DNA of 64,000 nucleotides from Minutocellus sp. GHC0000111. Taxonomy: Eukaryota. Where the stretch lies: positions 2,232,001 through 2,296,000 of the forward strand of contig OZ361260.1 of NCBI GenBank assembly GCA_977018835.1, read 5' to 3'. The notes below the pieces were generated by a model that worked only from the letters and a program-made list of their open reading frames with translations, had not been told where the DNA came from and made no database searches. Shown here piece by piece: positions 11,901 to 22,478 of this stretch. The stretch's first letter is position 1, and the number at the start of each line of letters is the position of its first letter. The position numbers were made by a program, and so were the translations under genes.

Positions 11901-12062
11901 AATTGACCGGAAGAGGGCCCTCATCCGATGCTTCTTCGCCGGCAGGTACGTGGCGGCCGGAGAGCGGCGCAGGGCCAAGTCGTCGGCTTCGGGATCATTT
12001 GGTATGCGTCCCGCCTCCATCTCGCGGGATGGTTCACCCTCCACAGCGTGCAGGGGTGCCAT
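8985..12062 (-). CDS. K+-dependent Na+/Ca2+ exchanger (NCKX/SLC24-like) with EF-hands; exons 12062-10191, 10032-9301, 9179-8985
   Basis: Alpha-repeats [15 protein letters not shown] and [17 protein letters not shown]...[10 protein letters not shown]-hand loops [24 protein letters not shown] and [16 protein letters not shown] junctions keep the frame. Confidence 0.92.
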
Positions 12063-12612
12063 CGTGGCGCTTGGTTTGGGAGCTCCGCCACTTGCTCTCG
12101 CTCGTTTTTTTTATATGATTTTCCAGGGGGGCCCCGAGCGGTGTCAAGAGAAGATGCACTAATTCGACACTTGGGCTGAAATGTTTCTAGTGGCTACGTT
12201 CAATGTCCGAGGCACAGGAGGAAGCTGCAAAGCGCTAAGAGCAAGAGGCACAGGGGGCACGAGGACGGCACGATGCAGGCAGAGGCAGGGGGAAAAGTGA
12301 ATGATTGATTCTTGCAAAGAAGATAGAGCACGTCAACGTGGCTCATTTCTACTACGCTGCGTGGCAGATGATATTGCTGGTCATTCCATGGGCCACGGCA
12401 TTTCTTGAATAATTTACATGTAATAATATTTCATGCATTCCCGCTCCTCCTTTGCAGCATCTTTCCATTCATTGCTTCTTCCATCATTGCCACAGCCGAG
12501 TGAACCTTGCCACCCCGTGTATTCATTTAGATTTCAGTAACGGTATGAGATAGACTCTACATATAAAATAGTCAACCTATGAGTTATGTTGGACGAATGG
12601 TGCCTCCCTTTA

Positions 12613-15051
12613 TCAAATTCTGCTAGCCTCCAGTTCCACCAGGCTGCCCTCCAAACGGGCCATTAGTAAATCTTGATCTTCTCGGCTACTCTGGCCATTG
12701 GAACTGTTGTCGTTCTCATCTGTGGAGGAGCATGGCGAAACATAAGCCGATACTTCGGCCATGTCCACGCTCTCCTCTCCCAAAAGATGAGGCAATTGAT
12801 TGGAAGGGCACAGATCTACATCGACCACTTGCTGGTCGTCCCCGTGTTCCAAACCTCCGGATATCGTGTCGCTCCCTCCATTGGGACTAATCTCTTTTGA
12901 CATGTGATATTGAACAATCTGCTTTGGCAACTGTGGCGTTAGAAGTAGATAGTAATAAAAGCAAACACATGAATATCGGTGAGATGTATCTTGCAGGGGG
13001 AAAGGGCAAGATCAAAATCTACATGGGCAAATGTAACAATAAAAATCCTCCAAGTTTCAACTCACCTCCTTAAGAGCCTTCTTCAAGAGCTTGTTGGAAT
13101 CCTGTCGGTACTCATCGAGGCGAACAAAGCTTACGCATTCTCTCATAAACTCCATTCCAGATAGCGACGTAGTTTGGTCGTCGGCCATGTCCTGAAAATC
13201 TGCAAAGTTGCCACCGCCAATACCCACAAAAATGATAGTAAGTGGCGTATAGGATGCCTCGCATATTTGTTCGAGGGTCTCGTTGAGCTCGTGAACCATC
13301 CCCTCGCAACATAATACCAACAGAACGCTGTAGTTCAATTTTGCAGCACTTGAGTTCATCTCCGCTCGAGCTATTGCTGTGTAGAGCGTAGATCTGAGAT
13401 CCTTTTGATCGCCCATGCTTATGTTGCTCGTTGCCGTTTCATTATAGGCATTCAATAGACCGCCAATGCCGCGAACCCGGCCCTTATCCTTGCCCATGCG
13501 GAGTCTATTTTTGGCATTGCCCTTCAAATCTTCGGCTCCGAATCCCCAAATGTGGCTGCATTTCTCTGTAGATTCAAGCTCTTCGAATACCTTTCCTATG
13601 GTAGAGAGGGCAAGCTGATATCCATTCATTTTGCCGCTTCTTCGAATACGGTGAAGAAATGAGCGAGCGTCTTGGTAGTCGGAATCGTCAATTTGCATGT
13701 TATTAGCAGTGAAATCGACAGCGACCATCAGGTCGAGTTCCAATTCACCCTGAGAGAGATAATGGGAAAGGCTAGGGACCAAGGTCATGTCCATGTGTTC
13801 AATCCCTATGTAGCCCGTCGTCATTTTGTTGTGGCGCAAAGCAAAGCCCACGGAAGCCAGTAGTTGGTGATACGTCATTCGCGATTGACCAATGAGGGAG
13901 TGCTGTTTGGCCTTGTCGTCATAATCCAAGGCCGTGACACAGATTGGGGTGTCGGCACTTAATTTCGCTGTGGGCAGTTGACCATAATCAAAATTGGGAT
14001 CCTTACTCCCACGAACTACGTTGGACTTCCAAAGTACCTCCCATTTGCTTTTACCATTCTTGGATGATTCTGCTTTCTTTGTCAACTTGTTGTTGCCTGA
14101 AGTTGAGATACTAGTATCTTCTCTCTGGTAGCTAATGACGAGGAACGGGTTAGGCATCAACGTGTGCAAACTAGAATGGACTCCGAGGTCCTTATTTTCG
14201 CCAAGTCCTCGCCCATTGAATCGAAATCGAAGATTCTTCATCTTTGCATCGGTAGGCGCGGCCACAATACTGATGGCACTTCCATCCGGTAATTTGTTTT
14301 CAATTCTCTGGTTACAGGTGGCAAGCTTATGCAGACTGAATCGAACAAATCCAAGTAAGTTTTGTCGATCAGGTCCACCGTAGACTGCAATGATAACGTG
14401 TTTCATCTTGTAGATAGAAAATGTACTCTTGACTGATATCTCAAAAGGTACCAAGTTGGATGAGTTGGGTGTCGGTGCTTGGCCCAATTCTCTGTGTATT
14501 GGTAAAGCAGAGAAGCAGAAGAACGTACATGTAAAAAGATATCACTTCGTTGTCAAATAATATGATAATCATGCAGCGATTTCTCAAAGAAGATCTATCT
14601 GGCGTGAGCATCACTGGTAGCAATATTGAACTTACGTGCAGCCAGGAGGTAAACGAAGAGAATCTGTTTCGTCACGACCTTCGGAACGGTCGGTCTCTGC
14701 TTTCCTGTTTGATGTGGAGTATACGACAATTCTTTTTCCGTCGCTGCCCTTGCTTTGATTCTTCTTTTTCTTTTTGCTGCTACTAGATTGCTTTTTCTTC
14801 GATCCTTCGGCGACATCAGTGTCTGGCATCGCATCTAGATACAAAATGTTCAATTCTATTTCATCGCGATCTTGGAAGTTCCCGGCTAGAGCGGGGATGG
14901 AGTCCTTCTTTTTGGTTTTGGCATCGGCACGTTTGTTTTCTTTTGGGGATGCTTTTGCCGATCTCGGCGACTTGGACGCCACCACTAGCTTGAGTGCCTT
15001 GGAGGACAAGCGCGGGGCTGTCCTCACTGTTGGTATCTCACTTTTCAACAT
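12613..15051 (-). CDS. Copine-like protein (C2 domains plus vWA domain); multi-exon, 5' exon structure unresolved
   Basis: C2-like WEVLWKSNVVRGSKDPNF...VTALDYDDKAKQHSLIG. Copine vWA motifs LMVAVDFTANN, WGFGA, YSVLLVL and EASYTPLTIIFVGIGGGNFADF...RECVSFV. Confidence 0.8.
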
Positions 15052-15713
15052 AGCTGTAACTCAGTAGCGCAGTTTGTCAGTTGCAAATGGTTTGAGGAGT
15101 ATGTCTGCTTCGATCAGTCAACAATGAAAGTAGCCGAGATGGTGAGTGAAAATATTGCGCTTTGAATCGCAACGAGATGGGGAGCCGTTGAACTGGTAGG
15201 TATTAATATTCTGAGCTAATGATCACTTCCTCCTCTCCGAGGCCCTCGCACCCATGTTATTGTTGTCTTGGCTGCGCGGTCTTGGCGTACTCCGATCTTG
15301 GCGTTCCTCGTCGTTCGGGAGAGTTGATCGGTTGGCTTTCGACTTGCTCCCTCCGTCGCCTTCGGCGACCAGAAATCAAGCCGAAATCAAACAAATTTTC
15401 ACCGAATTCGTGATAGTAGACCTTTGTCCATGAACTAGTCGAGCAAGTCGCCCTCTAGGCTCTTTTTGGTCTGTTCGTCATCCGTCTTGTGCCGGAATGA
15501 GCGAGCGAGCGAGAGCGAGGAGCGAGGGCTCGAGGTGGTATCGACCATGGCAGCGACGACATTCCTTGCTCTTCGTGTACGGCACACAGTTCCCTGGCTG
15601 GATACCACCGCCCAAAGCCATCTCTCTTGGACCTCCCTTCCTTTGATTTCCAGTCGGCAATTACCACCGATCTCTCATTCTCCCGAAACCTAACTCTCAA
15701 AACAACCGCCGAC

Positions 15714-16545
15714 ATGACGAAAGATCCCACTCACCTTCCCGAGAATGTTCAGGCCATCCTCAAGGCCCTACCTGTCCACGATCAGGTTGTCCTCAGATCG
15801 TACATTGCCTCTCTCCGGGAGCATGTCAAGGTTCTTGAGCATAAGATGCTGGCCGCGGAGGACCCGGACCCTCATGGTGCGTAGACTGTTGGACAGAACG
15901 TAAAGTGCTGCGTGGAATTAATTCTCGATGCTGTCGTCGGAATATTATGTATGTGTATGGTTGTTGCCTCCGGGAAAGGTCCTTTCTTTCGATGAAACGT
16001 CCTACCCTTACAAGTTATATAATTGATTCATCTCTTTATTATTAATATTTTCTTCGTGCTCATTAATTAATCTCAGCGCACTACCATGGTCATGAAAAAT
16101 GTACCTCCGACCACGGACATTCGGACTCTCACCACAACAAGGAGGAGACCTGCACCGAAGACCACGAACATTCTCACTCTCACAAGAAGGAGGAGGAGAC
16201 CGGATCCTGTGGAGACGATGGCCATCATCATGGTGTGTCGTTGAACTGTGTACTCATAATTATTTCTTGTCTTGACACGAACAAAAACGGCCTCAAAGCT
16301 TATATCACCTCTCACCATTCTACCATTTTGTTGCTTTCTTTGCCTTTACAGAGAACGAGCACAAACATGAGCATAAACACGAGCACAAGCATGAGCATGA
16401 GCATGCTCATGACCACAAGAAGGAGAAAGATATCCCCGCTTGGAAGAAGAAGGCCCTTGAGAGCGGCAGTGATGACCCCATGGCAGCTCCCTTCGGCGGA
16501 TCTTGGAACATGGAGTCTTCGGTCGATGCTACCCAGGGCAAATAA
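15714..16545 (+). CDS. Small histidine-rich protein of unknown function; exons 15714-15876, 16077-16232, 16352-16545
   Basis: Two phase-1 GT-AG introns join one open frame: MTKDPTHLPENVQAILKALPVHDQVVLRSYIASLREHVKVLE...AHYHGHEKCTSDHGHSDSHH...ENEHKHEHKHEHKHEHEHAHDH...IPAWKKKALE...MAAPFGGSWNMESSVDATQGK*. Confidence 0.8.
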
Positions 16546-16857
16546 ATATAATGACCAATTGAGTGTGGTAGCATAGCGACGGCAGTCCTCGAATGTCTCA
16601 TAATCATAAGCAATGCTCCCGGCAAATTGAGTCTACAATAGGAATTAGATGCTGGCTTTTCGATCTCCTCGATCTAAAATGATAGAGGGTCAAGATTGAG
16701 CATAAAGTTCTCCCAAAAATTGCGATGGGCTAGCCGGACAAAGTCTAAACAAAAGCTATTCTAGCTCCTCTACTACACTGCACGAAGGCAAGGAAGTCGG
16801 TGACAGCCCCATGTACCACGATCCCTCGCCGGCCTGATGTTCGCAACAGGACGCACC

Positions 16858-18415
16858 TCACTCCAGATCGGGAAGATCATCGAGGTCGGGCATATCGTCA
16901 TCGTCGCTATCGTCACCGCCCATTCCGCCGGCACCTCCGAAGCCGCCACCGGGCATTCCGGTGCCGGGCATGCCACCACCCATCATTGGGCCCACCTTCT
17001 CCATGAGCTGCGATGGAAATATTATGCGAGGAAGAAGGGTGAGGGGAAGGGGGTCAAGATTGAAAGAGCCCTCAATTCACATTTCATATCAAATTTGTTT
17101 TTCATCCACTTACCTTCTGCATGGCAGGACCGACCTCGGGATCCGACATGAGCTCCTGAATCTTTGCCATGTCGGGAGCACCACCTGACATCATTCCCTG
17201 CATCGCGGCCATGACCTTTGGGTTGGAAAGAGCAGCCATTAGCTGAGAAGATAATACGTAAAATTTGAAGGATCGAGCAGGCGAAAGAAAAACATACGTT
17301 AGATTGGTGTTTTGGGGGTGAAGGAAGGATAAGCCAGTAGATACAAAGAAACTCTGCAAAAATATTCTCTTACCTCAGGATCATTCATGAGACCACCAAG
17401 GCCACCCGGCATGCCACCGGGCATTCCACCAGGCATACCACCGCCGGCACCAAAACCGGGCATACCACCTCCCATCCCGCCAGCAGAGGCCCTGGCCGAG
17501 GCCGAAGCGGCCGCCTCGCGCTTTGCCTCCTCCTGAGCCTTCTTGATCTCCTCGGCCTTCTTGCGGAGCTTGTCCTTCTCCTCGTTCCTCTTCTTGGCCA
17601 GCTCCTTCTCATGCTCCATGTGCTTTTCGGTGCAGAACTTGAGGGCCTCGGCTGCCGAATCGTTGTAGTCGATTGCCTGGCTCGCGCTGAGGTCCTTGAG
17701 TGCCTCCTCGTACTTGCCCATATCCTTGTAGGCGGTACCGCGGATGCGCAGAGCCTTGGCAGAGTCGGGGTTCATTCCCAATGCGGCATCGCAATCGTTG
17801 ACGGCGGCACGGGGACAGCCCAACTTGAGGAGGCAGTCGGCACGGTTGGCGTAGAGGAGGGCAGAGGGCTCGGCGGCCTGGACCGCCTCCGAGTACTTGG
17901 AGAGAGCTCCCTCGAGATCGCCGTTCGACTTGAGGTCGTTGGCGGCCATCTTGAGGTCGGCGGCCTTCTCGAAGTCATCACCACTCACGTACATGGGAGG
18001 GAAGGGTTCTTCGTCGCCGGCCTCCTCGTCGTTGGAGAAGCCATCGGCCGACTCCTCGGCCGCCGCTGGAATGTCATCCTCCTCGCCCTTGAGGTCGGCG
18101 ATTGTCGCCTTGAGCTCATCGATGAAAGACTCGACAGCCTCTACAGACGCAAATGAGGGAAATAACGGAAAAAGTGGGATTTATGCATATGATAGTGGGG
18201 AAAGACAGAGGGAGGAGCAGATTTGGGACGTTTGACTACGGGAGGGTAGCTGGCCGGAGCCGCAAAGATACTCGTGGAGATTTGCCTTGGAGGCAAAAAT
18301 GGCACATACATGCTGCATGCCAAAGAAAAAATGAGAAATGACAAAACTCACCACGATCGGTGGCATCAAGCTTAGAGATGGCATCGGTCACGGCGTTGGG
18401 GGTTGCGATGGTCAT
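16858..18415 (-). CDS. ST13: Hsc70-interacting protein (HIP/ST13): TPR, GGMP repeats, STI1/DP domain; spliced
   Basis: TPR ALLYANRADCLLKLGCPRAAVNDCDAALGMNPDSAKALRIRG, GGMPGGMP repeats, LMNDPE|LMAALSNPKVMAAMQ, C-terminus DDMPDLDDLPDLE*. First intron 18351-18141. Confidence 0.92.
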
Positions 18416-18613
18416 GGTTGCTTTGAGAGATAAGTGAATACTGGCGCCGGCGGTTTTGTGGCATATTGCGCCATTGCGCCAGAGGCGATCTGTAGTTCTC
18501 GCGTTTCGTCTTTAATTACACGTGGAGGGTGAAATGGTCGCCGGCCGCCCGGAAGCCGGAGGTCTGCTGCCGCCATCACTCCAAAGAAGAACCCTGATGG
18601 AAAGAGGCAAATC

Positions 18614-19969
18614 ATGCAACTGAATCAGTCGCTATCGCACAAAGTAGTTCTTAAAAACACGTCTACACTCATATCTTTGCTCCTTTTACTCCAGTTCGCG
18701 TCTTCATTTTCTACAAATCCAAATCCGCAAGATCCGACGAGAAGCCTTGGCACGTCGATTGGTGGTGGCTCGTTCAGCACGACGACGCGGGGCAAGTTCA
18801 CGCGTCTCCTCTCGACCACGGACTCAACCTCTGCTTCAGATACCGACACCGCTCAGGCAACGATGATATCAAACAATGCTCGGCGGATGACCACCGAGGC
18901 TGTTCGGAAGACAAAGATGTACGTCGCATCCAAGAACGACAGGATCATCAACTGGTCCGATCTTTTGCCATCATCGTCATGCCTCGCCGATGCCGATGCA
19001 GCCGAGAGATGTGACGATGGCATCCATCCCTCTCCGCTGGACGCCACTTCCCTTCTCAAACTGCTTCCGAGAGGTGCCTACACTACGTGCCGAACCATTG
19101 GTCGAGGCACTTCGGTGTATCAAATGCAGTATCACGTCAAGCGGTTGGCATCCTCGTCGTCGTCTATGATCGAGGAGGGTGTTCTGCCAGAGGGCGCATC
19201 AAAGCTGGATGAAGACGTGATCACTGCCGTTACCGATGTGGACAAGGTCCGCTCCCAAACGTTATCGTGCATCAAAAAGTGCGTTGCCGAGTTTCGCAAT
19301 CAGTACAGTGATCGGATGTTTCCCTGTGATGAGTTTCGGATAACCCTGCTACAGACGTGGATTCCAGAGGACAAGGGCCTCGGTTTAGAGGATAGCGGCA
19401 GTGATACCGCTAGTGCAGCCATGTACTGTCACGTTGGGATCCTTCCCAAGCGCAGGGAGGGAGAGCATATCAAGGTTGAGGTCCACGGCCACGGTCGCAA
19501 TAACGCGGCCGCCAAGGATTCTCAATGGATTAACGATCGAGACAAGGTCGAGAGTGGTTGTGAGGAATACATCCTGGTAAATGATGATGGTGAAATGCTC
19601 GAGGGGACTCAGACCAACTTCTTTCTCGTGACCAAAGACGGCAGGGTTCTCACTGCCGATGAGGGCATACTTAGAGGTTCGGTCCGAGACTCCGTTCTGC
19701 GCGTGTGTACGGAGAATGGAATACCACTGGAACTTCGTCCGCCGAATGTAGATGACCTAGAGCATGCCTCGGGTGCATTTATCTCGAGCACTAGTAGATT
19801 GGTTATGCCCATACATGAGGTCGTGGTGAATGTTTCCAAGGACGACGTATCTGGTGGAAATCCTCCGAAGCCAGCAACCTATCACTTTCCGAACTGCGAA
19901 GTCACAAAGGGCATCCAGGACATGGTCATGGAAGATGTCCTGACGCACTGCGCCAGCATCGTGGACTAG
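18614..19969 (+). CDS. Class IV PLP-dependent aminotransferase-like protein (ADC-lyase / D-amino-acid aminotransferase fold) with N-terminal targeting peptide
   Basis: PRGAYTTCRT, HVKRLA, R.NAAAKDSQW, EYILVNDDGEMLEGTQTNFF, GILRGSVRDSV, AFISSTSRLVMPI. Confidence 0.85.
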   Translation: MQLNQSLSHKVVLKNTSTLISLLLLLQFASSFSTNPNPQDPTRSLGTSIGGGSFSTTTRGKFTRLLSTTDSTSASDTDTAQATMISNNARRMTTEAVRKTKMYVASKNDRIINWSDLLPSSSCLADADAAERCDDGIHPSPLDATSLLKLLPRGAYTTCRTIGRGTSVYQMQYHVKRLASSSSSMIEEGVLPEGASKLDEDVITAVTDVDKVRSQTLSCIKKCVAEFRNQYSDRMFPCDEFRITLLQTWIPEDKGLGLEDSGSDTASAAMYCHVGILPKRREGEHIKVEVHGHGRNNAAAKDSQWINDRDKVESGCEEYILVNDDGEMLEGTQTNFFLVTKDGRVLTADEGILRGSVRDSVLRVCTENGIPLELRPPNVDDLEHASGAFISSTSRLVMPIHEVVVNVSKDDVSGGNPPKPATYHFPNCEVTKGIQDMVMEDVLTHCASIVD

Positions 19970-20136
19970 CTACGTAGTCAAGGTAGCCAGCTTTACCAAA
20001 CTTCTACCTGCACGTTAGCATCCAGATAATTTAAAAGCCATTCAATTCAGAGTACTCGTAATATAATACCTATGGTCCTATGGTACTTGGCTAGTTTTAC
20101 ATAGCATCAGTCGGTTCGCACAATTGGTAAGTGCAT

Positions 20137-20651
20137 CTATTTCTTCTCAACGGCTGGGAGGGGTGCGAGCTTGGACTTTGCTTCTTCGATCTCCTGTGGC
20201 GATTGGAGAAGAGAAAGGGGGTGGAGTGAGGTGGGGTGTTGATAGGTTGGGGTGGGGGGGAAACGCATGAAAAATAATGAAATAGCATTCCTCTCTCGCT
20301 TCGGCCAGCCAAAAATCCGATACCACCGCCAAGATACCGAGCCCACCATCGCCTCAATGATAGTCCCCAAAATACTACAGTGGAATGACCTCTCCTCCAC
20401 AAGAAACAAACCCAAAGCAGTCGAACCTCCTCTACCTCAGCATCCAGCTCAAACTTCCACGTCTGCACACCGGCAGTATGACAAGTAAACAACTGTGATG
20501 GGCCTGCTGCTCCTGACCGACGGGGGCTGACCAACTGACCACGCACCTGCGGTGTCTTGTCCCTTCCCTTTCGGAAGGTATCATTCCGGACGCTGCGGCA
20601 CTTGCCCAGCTGGGCTTCGAGCTGAGCGGGGACTGGCAGGGGGTCCGTCAT
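20137..20651 (-). CDS. Putative spliced microprotein of about 65 aa; exons 20651-20547, 20462-20427, 20193-20137
   Basis: Phase-0 junctions CAG|GTGCGT, tgcag|ACG, GAG|GTTCGA and cacag|GAG give MTDPLPVPAQLEAQLGKCRSVRNDTFRKGRDKTPQ-TWKFELDAEVEE-EIEEAKSKLAPLPAVEKK*. No family recognised. Confidence 0.4.
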
Positions 20652-20967
20652 CGTTGCGTTTCCAAGAGAAATGACGCAAACGGAGCGGCTTCCGGTTGAA
20701 AAGACAAAAGACGTTCCCATGGGGAGTGTTTCATCATTTAAGCCCCCATTGCATGGCGGGTGGAGTACACATACATGCGATGCGAGTGTAGAGGACCATA
20801 CCCGACCATACTACTGGTACCACATCATCCATCTAATTCCGGTAGGAACCTAGCTAGATAGAAGCGAGAACAACAGACTTCCCGCGCTGCCTCGTTGCTG
20901 TGTATGAAACGGACGAAGTAGGCTCTGAGACCACAAATCATGCATCCGTCAAGAAGGCGAAACAAAG

Positions 20968-22227
20968 TTGCTGCGATTCAGGCTCTCGTCTTCCTACTCC
21001 TGGGCTTCGTCGCAAGACCTATCGTCTCTTCCGACCGCCGCTCAGGAACAAATTAGGAGACAGATGAAGGAAAGGCAAAAACAGAAGAATGCTGGAAAGT
21101 TGCCGAATCAGAAGCAGAAGCAGAGAATCGCCAAGATATCGACATCGGCCGGTCCTTGGGGCGAATTGGCTTGGAGGTGGAGCAACGACGATGGCTCCAT
21201 CCAAAAGTATCGAGACTTCAAGACGGTGCTCAAATTACACGAAATAGACGACTACATGCAAACAGTCATTCACAAGCAGGATGATAATTTCTACGAAACG
21301 GTGTACGATAATTGCGTGATGAGAAACGAATACTGTGCAGAGATGGCAACGAAGGGCTTGTGTCTCGATGCAACGGCCGTATCGTACATGATGGGGAAAT
21401 GCGCACCGGCATGTAAAACTTGTCATCTCTTGAGTTATGAGACTCGCTGCCCTTTTGACGAAGATACAGTTGGAGACGATGCCATTGGAAAGGGCGAGCT
21501 CAATGAAGTGTTCGAGATGATGCTGATTAACAAAGATCTGCAAGAAAAATATAGTCCCATGACAATTCATTCGCAACCTCCCGATGGTCCCTGGATCGTT
21601 TCGTTCGACCACTTCTTATCCAAAGTGGAATGCAAAAAGCTCATTGACTTTGGCATGACAATTGGGACCGGTTTCTCAAGATCACAAGTGAGGCAGCATG
21701 AGATCGACCCCACCTTCAATGCCTCGTCCTTTCGCACTTCGACAACCAATTGGTGCCGAGAAGAATGTTACAACGATCCCGAAGTCAAGAGAGTGCATGA
21801 AAAAATAGAGGGGTTGCTTAGCAATGTATTTCCCGAGACAAATTTTGAGCATATGCAGCTTTTAAAGTACGAGACAGGGCAACACTATAGTGTCCATTCT
21901 GATTTCATGCCGATTCATCTGAAACGACCGTACGGGCCCAGAGTATTGACTCTTTTTCTCTACCTCAACCAGCCGGGGCTTGGAGGCGGGACACGTTTTC
22001 CAGACGTTGGGAGAGAAATCACTATCCAGCCAACATTGGGAAAAATTGTTATTTGGCCTTCTGTCCTAAATTCGGACCCATTATCGATCGACAATAGGAC
22101 TAATCACGAAGCCTTGCCCGTCGAAAAGGGAAGAAAGTTTGGAGCTAATATTTGGGTCCATTTGAGAGATTTCAAGTCCAGGGAGGCCGATTGCTTGTTT
22201 GAGGATCAGCATGCAAGTTCAAACTAG
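20968..22227 (+). CDS. Prolyl 4-hydroxylase (2OG-Fe(II) dioxygenase) with ShKT domain; start uncertain (first ATG at 21064)
   Basis: ShKT C...C..MA..G.C.......YMMGKCAPACKTC. P4H motifs RTSTTNWC, EHMQLLKYETGQHYSVHSD, RVLTLFLYLN, GGGTRFP and HEALPVEKGRKFGANIW. Confidence 0.9.
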   Translation: MLRFRLSSSYSWASSQDLSSLPTAAQEQIRRQMKERQKQKNAGKLPNQKQKQRIAKISTSAGPWGELAWRWSNDDGSIQKYRDFKTVLKLHEIDDYMQTVIHKQDDNFYETVYDNCVMRNEYCAEMATKGLCLDATAVSYMMGKCAPACKTCHLLSYETRCPFDEDTVGDDAIGKGELNEVFEMMLINKDLQEKYSPMTIHSQPPDGPWIVSFDHFLSKVECKKLIDFGMTIGTGFSRSQVRQHEIDPTFNASSFRTSTTNWCREECYNDPEVKRVHEKIEGLLSNVFPETNFEHMQLLKYETGQHYSVHSDFMPIHLKRPYGPRVLTLFLYLNQPGLGGGTRFPDVGREITIQPTLGKIVIWPSVLNSDPLSIDNRTNHEALPVEKGRKFGANIWVHLRDFKSREADCLFEDQHASSN

Positions 22228-22478
22228 GTTAGCTAGAGCTGCTAGCTAGGGTGTTTGCCTAGGTACGTAAATGAACAGTAAAGATTAGAGGATATCGCAG
22301 TCAAAAGAGTGTCTATAGTTAGCGGGTCGTGGCGATCTGGATATCGGCGATGCATATGCAAGTGGTCTCTGGGAATAACATGAGGATAAACGAACTATAA
22401 TGTCGTACCCAACAAATCATCAACGTCGGACTTTGGTGCTGCTTTGAACTGCACGAGGTCCTTAGCATGTAGTAGCGA

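Noticed and set aside
16910..17480. Repeated GGCATxCCACC units
   Set aside because: These encode the GGMP repeats expected in HIP and are not an independent DNA repeat
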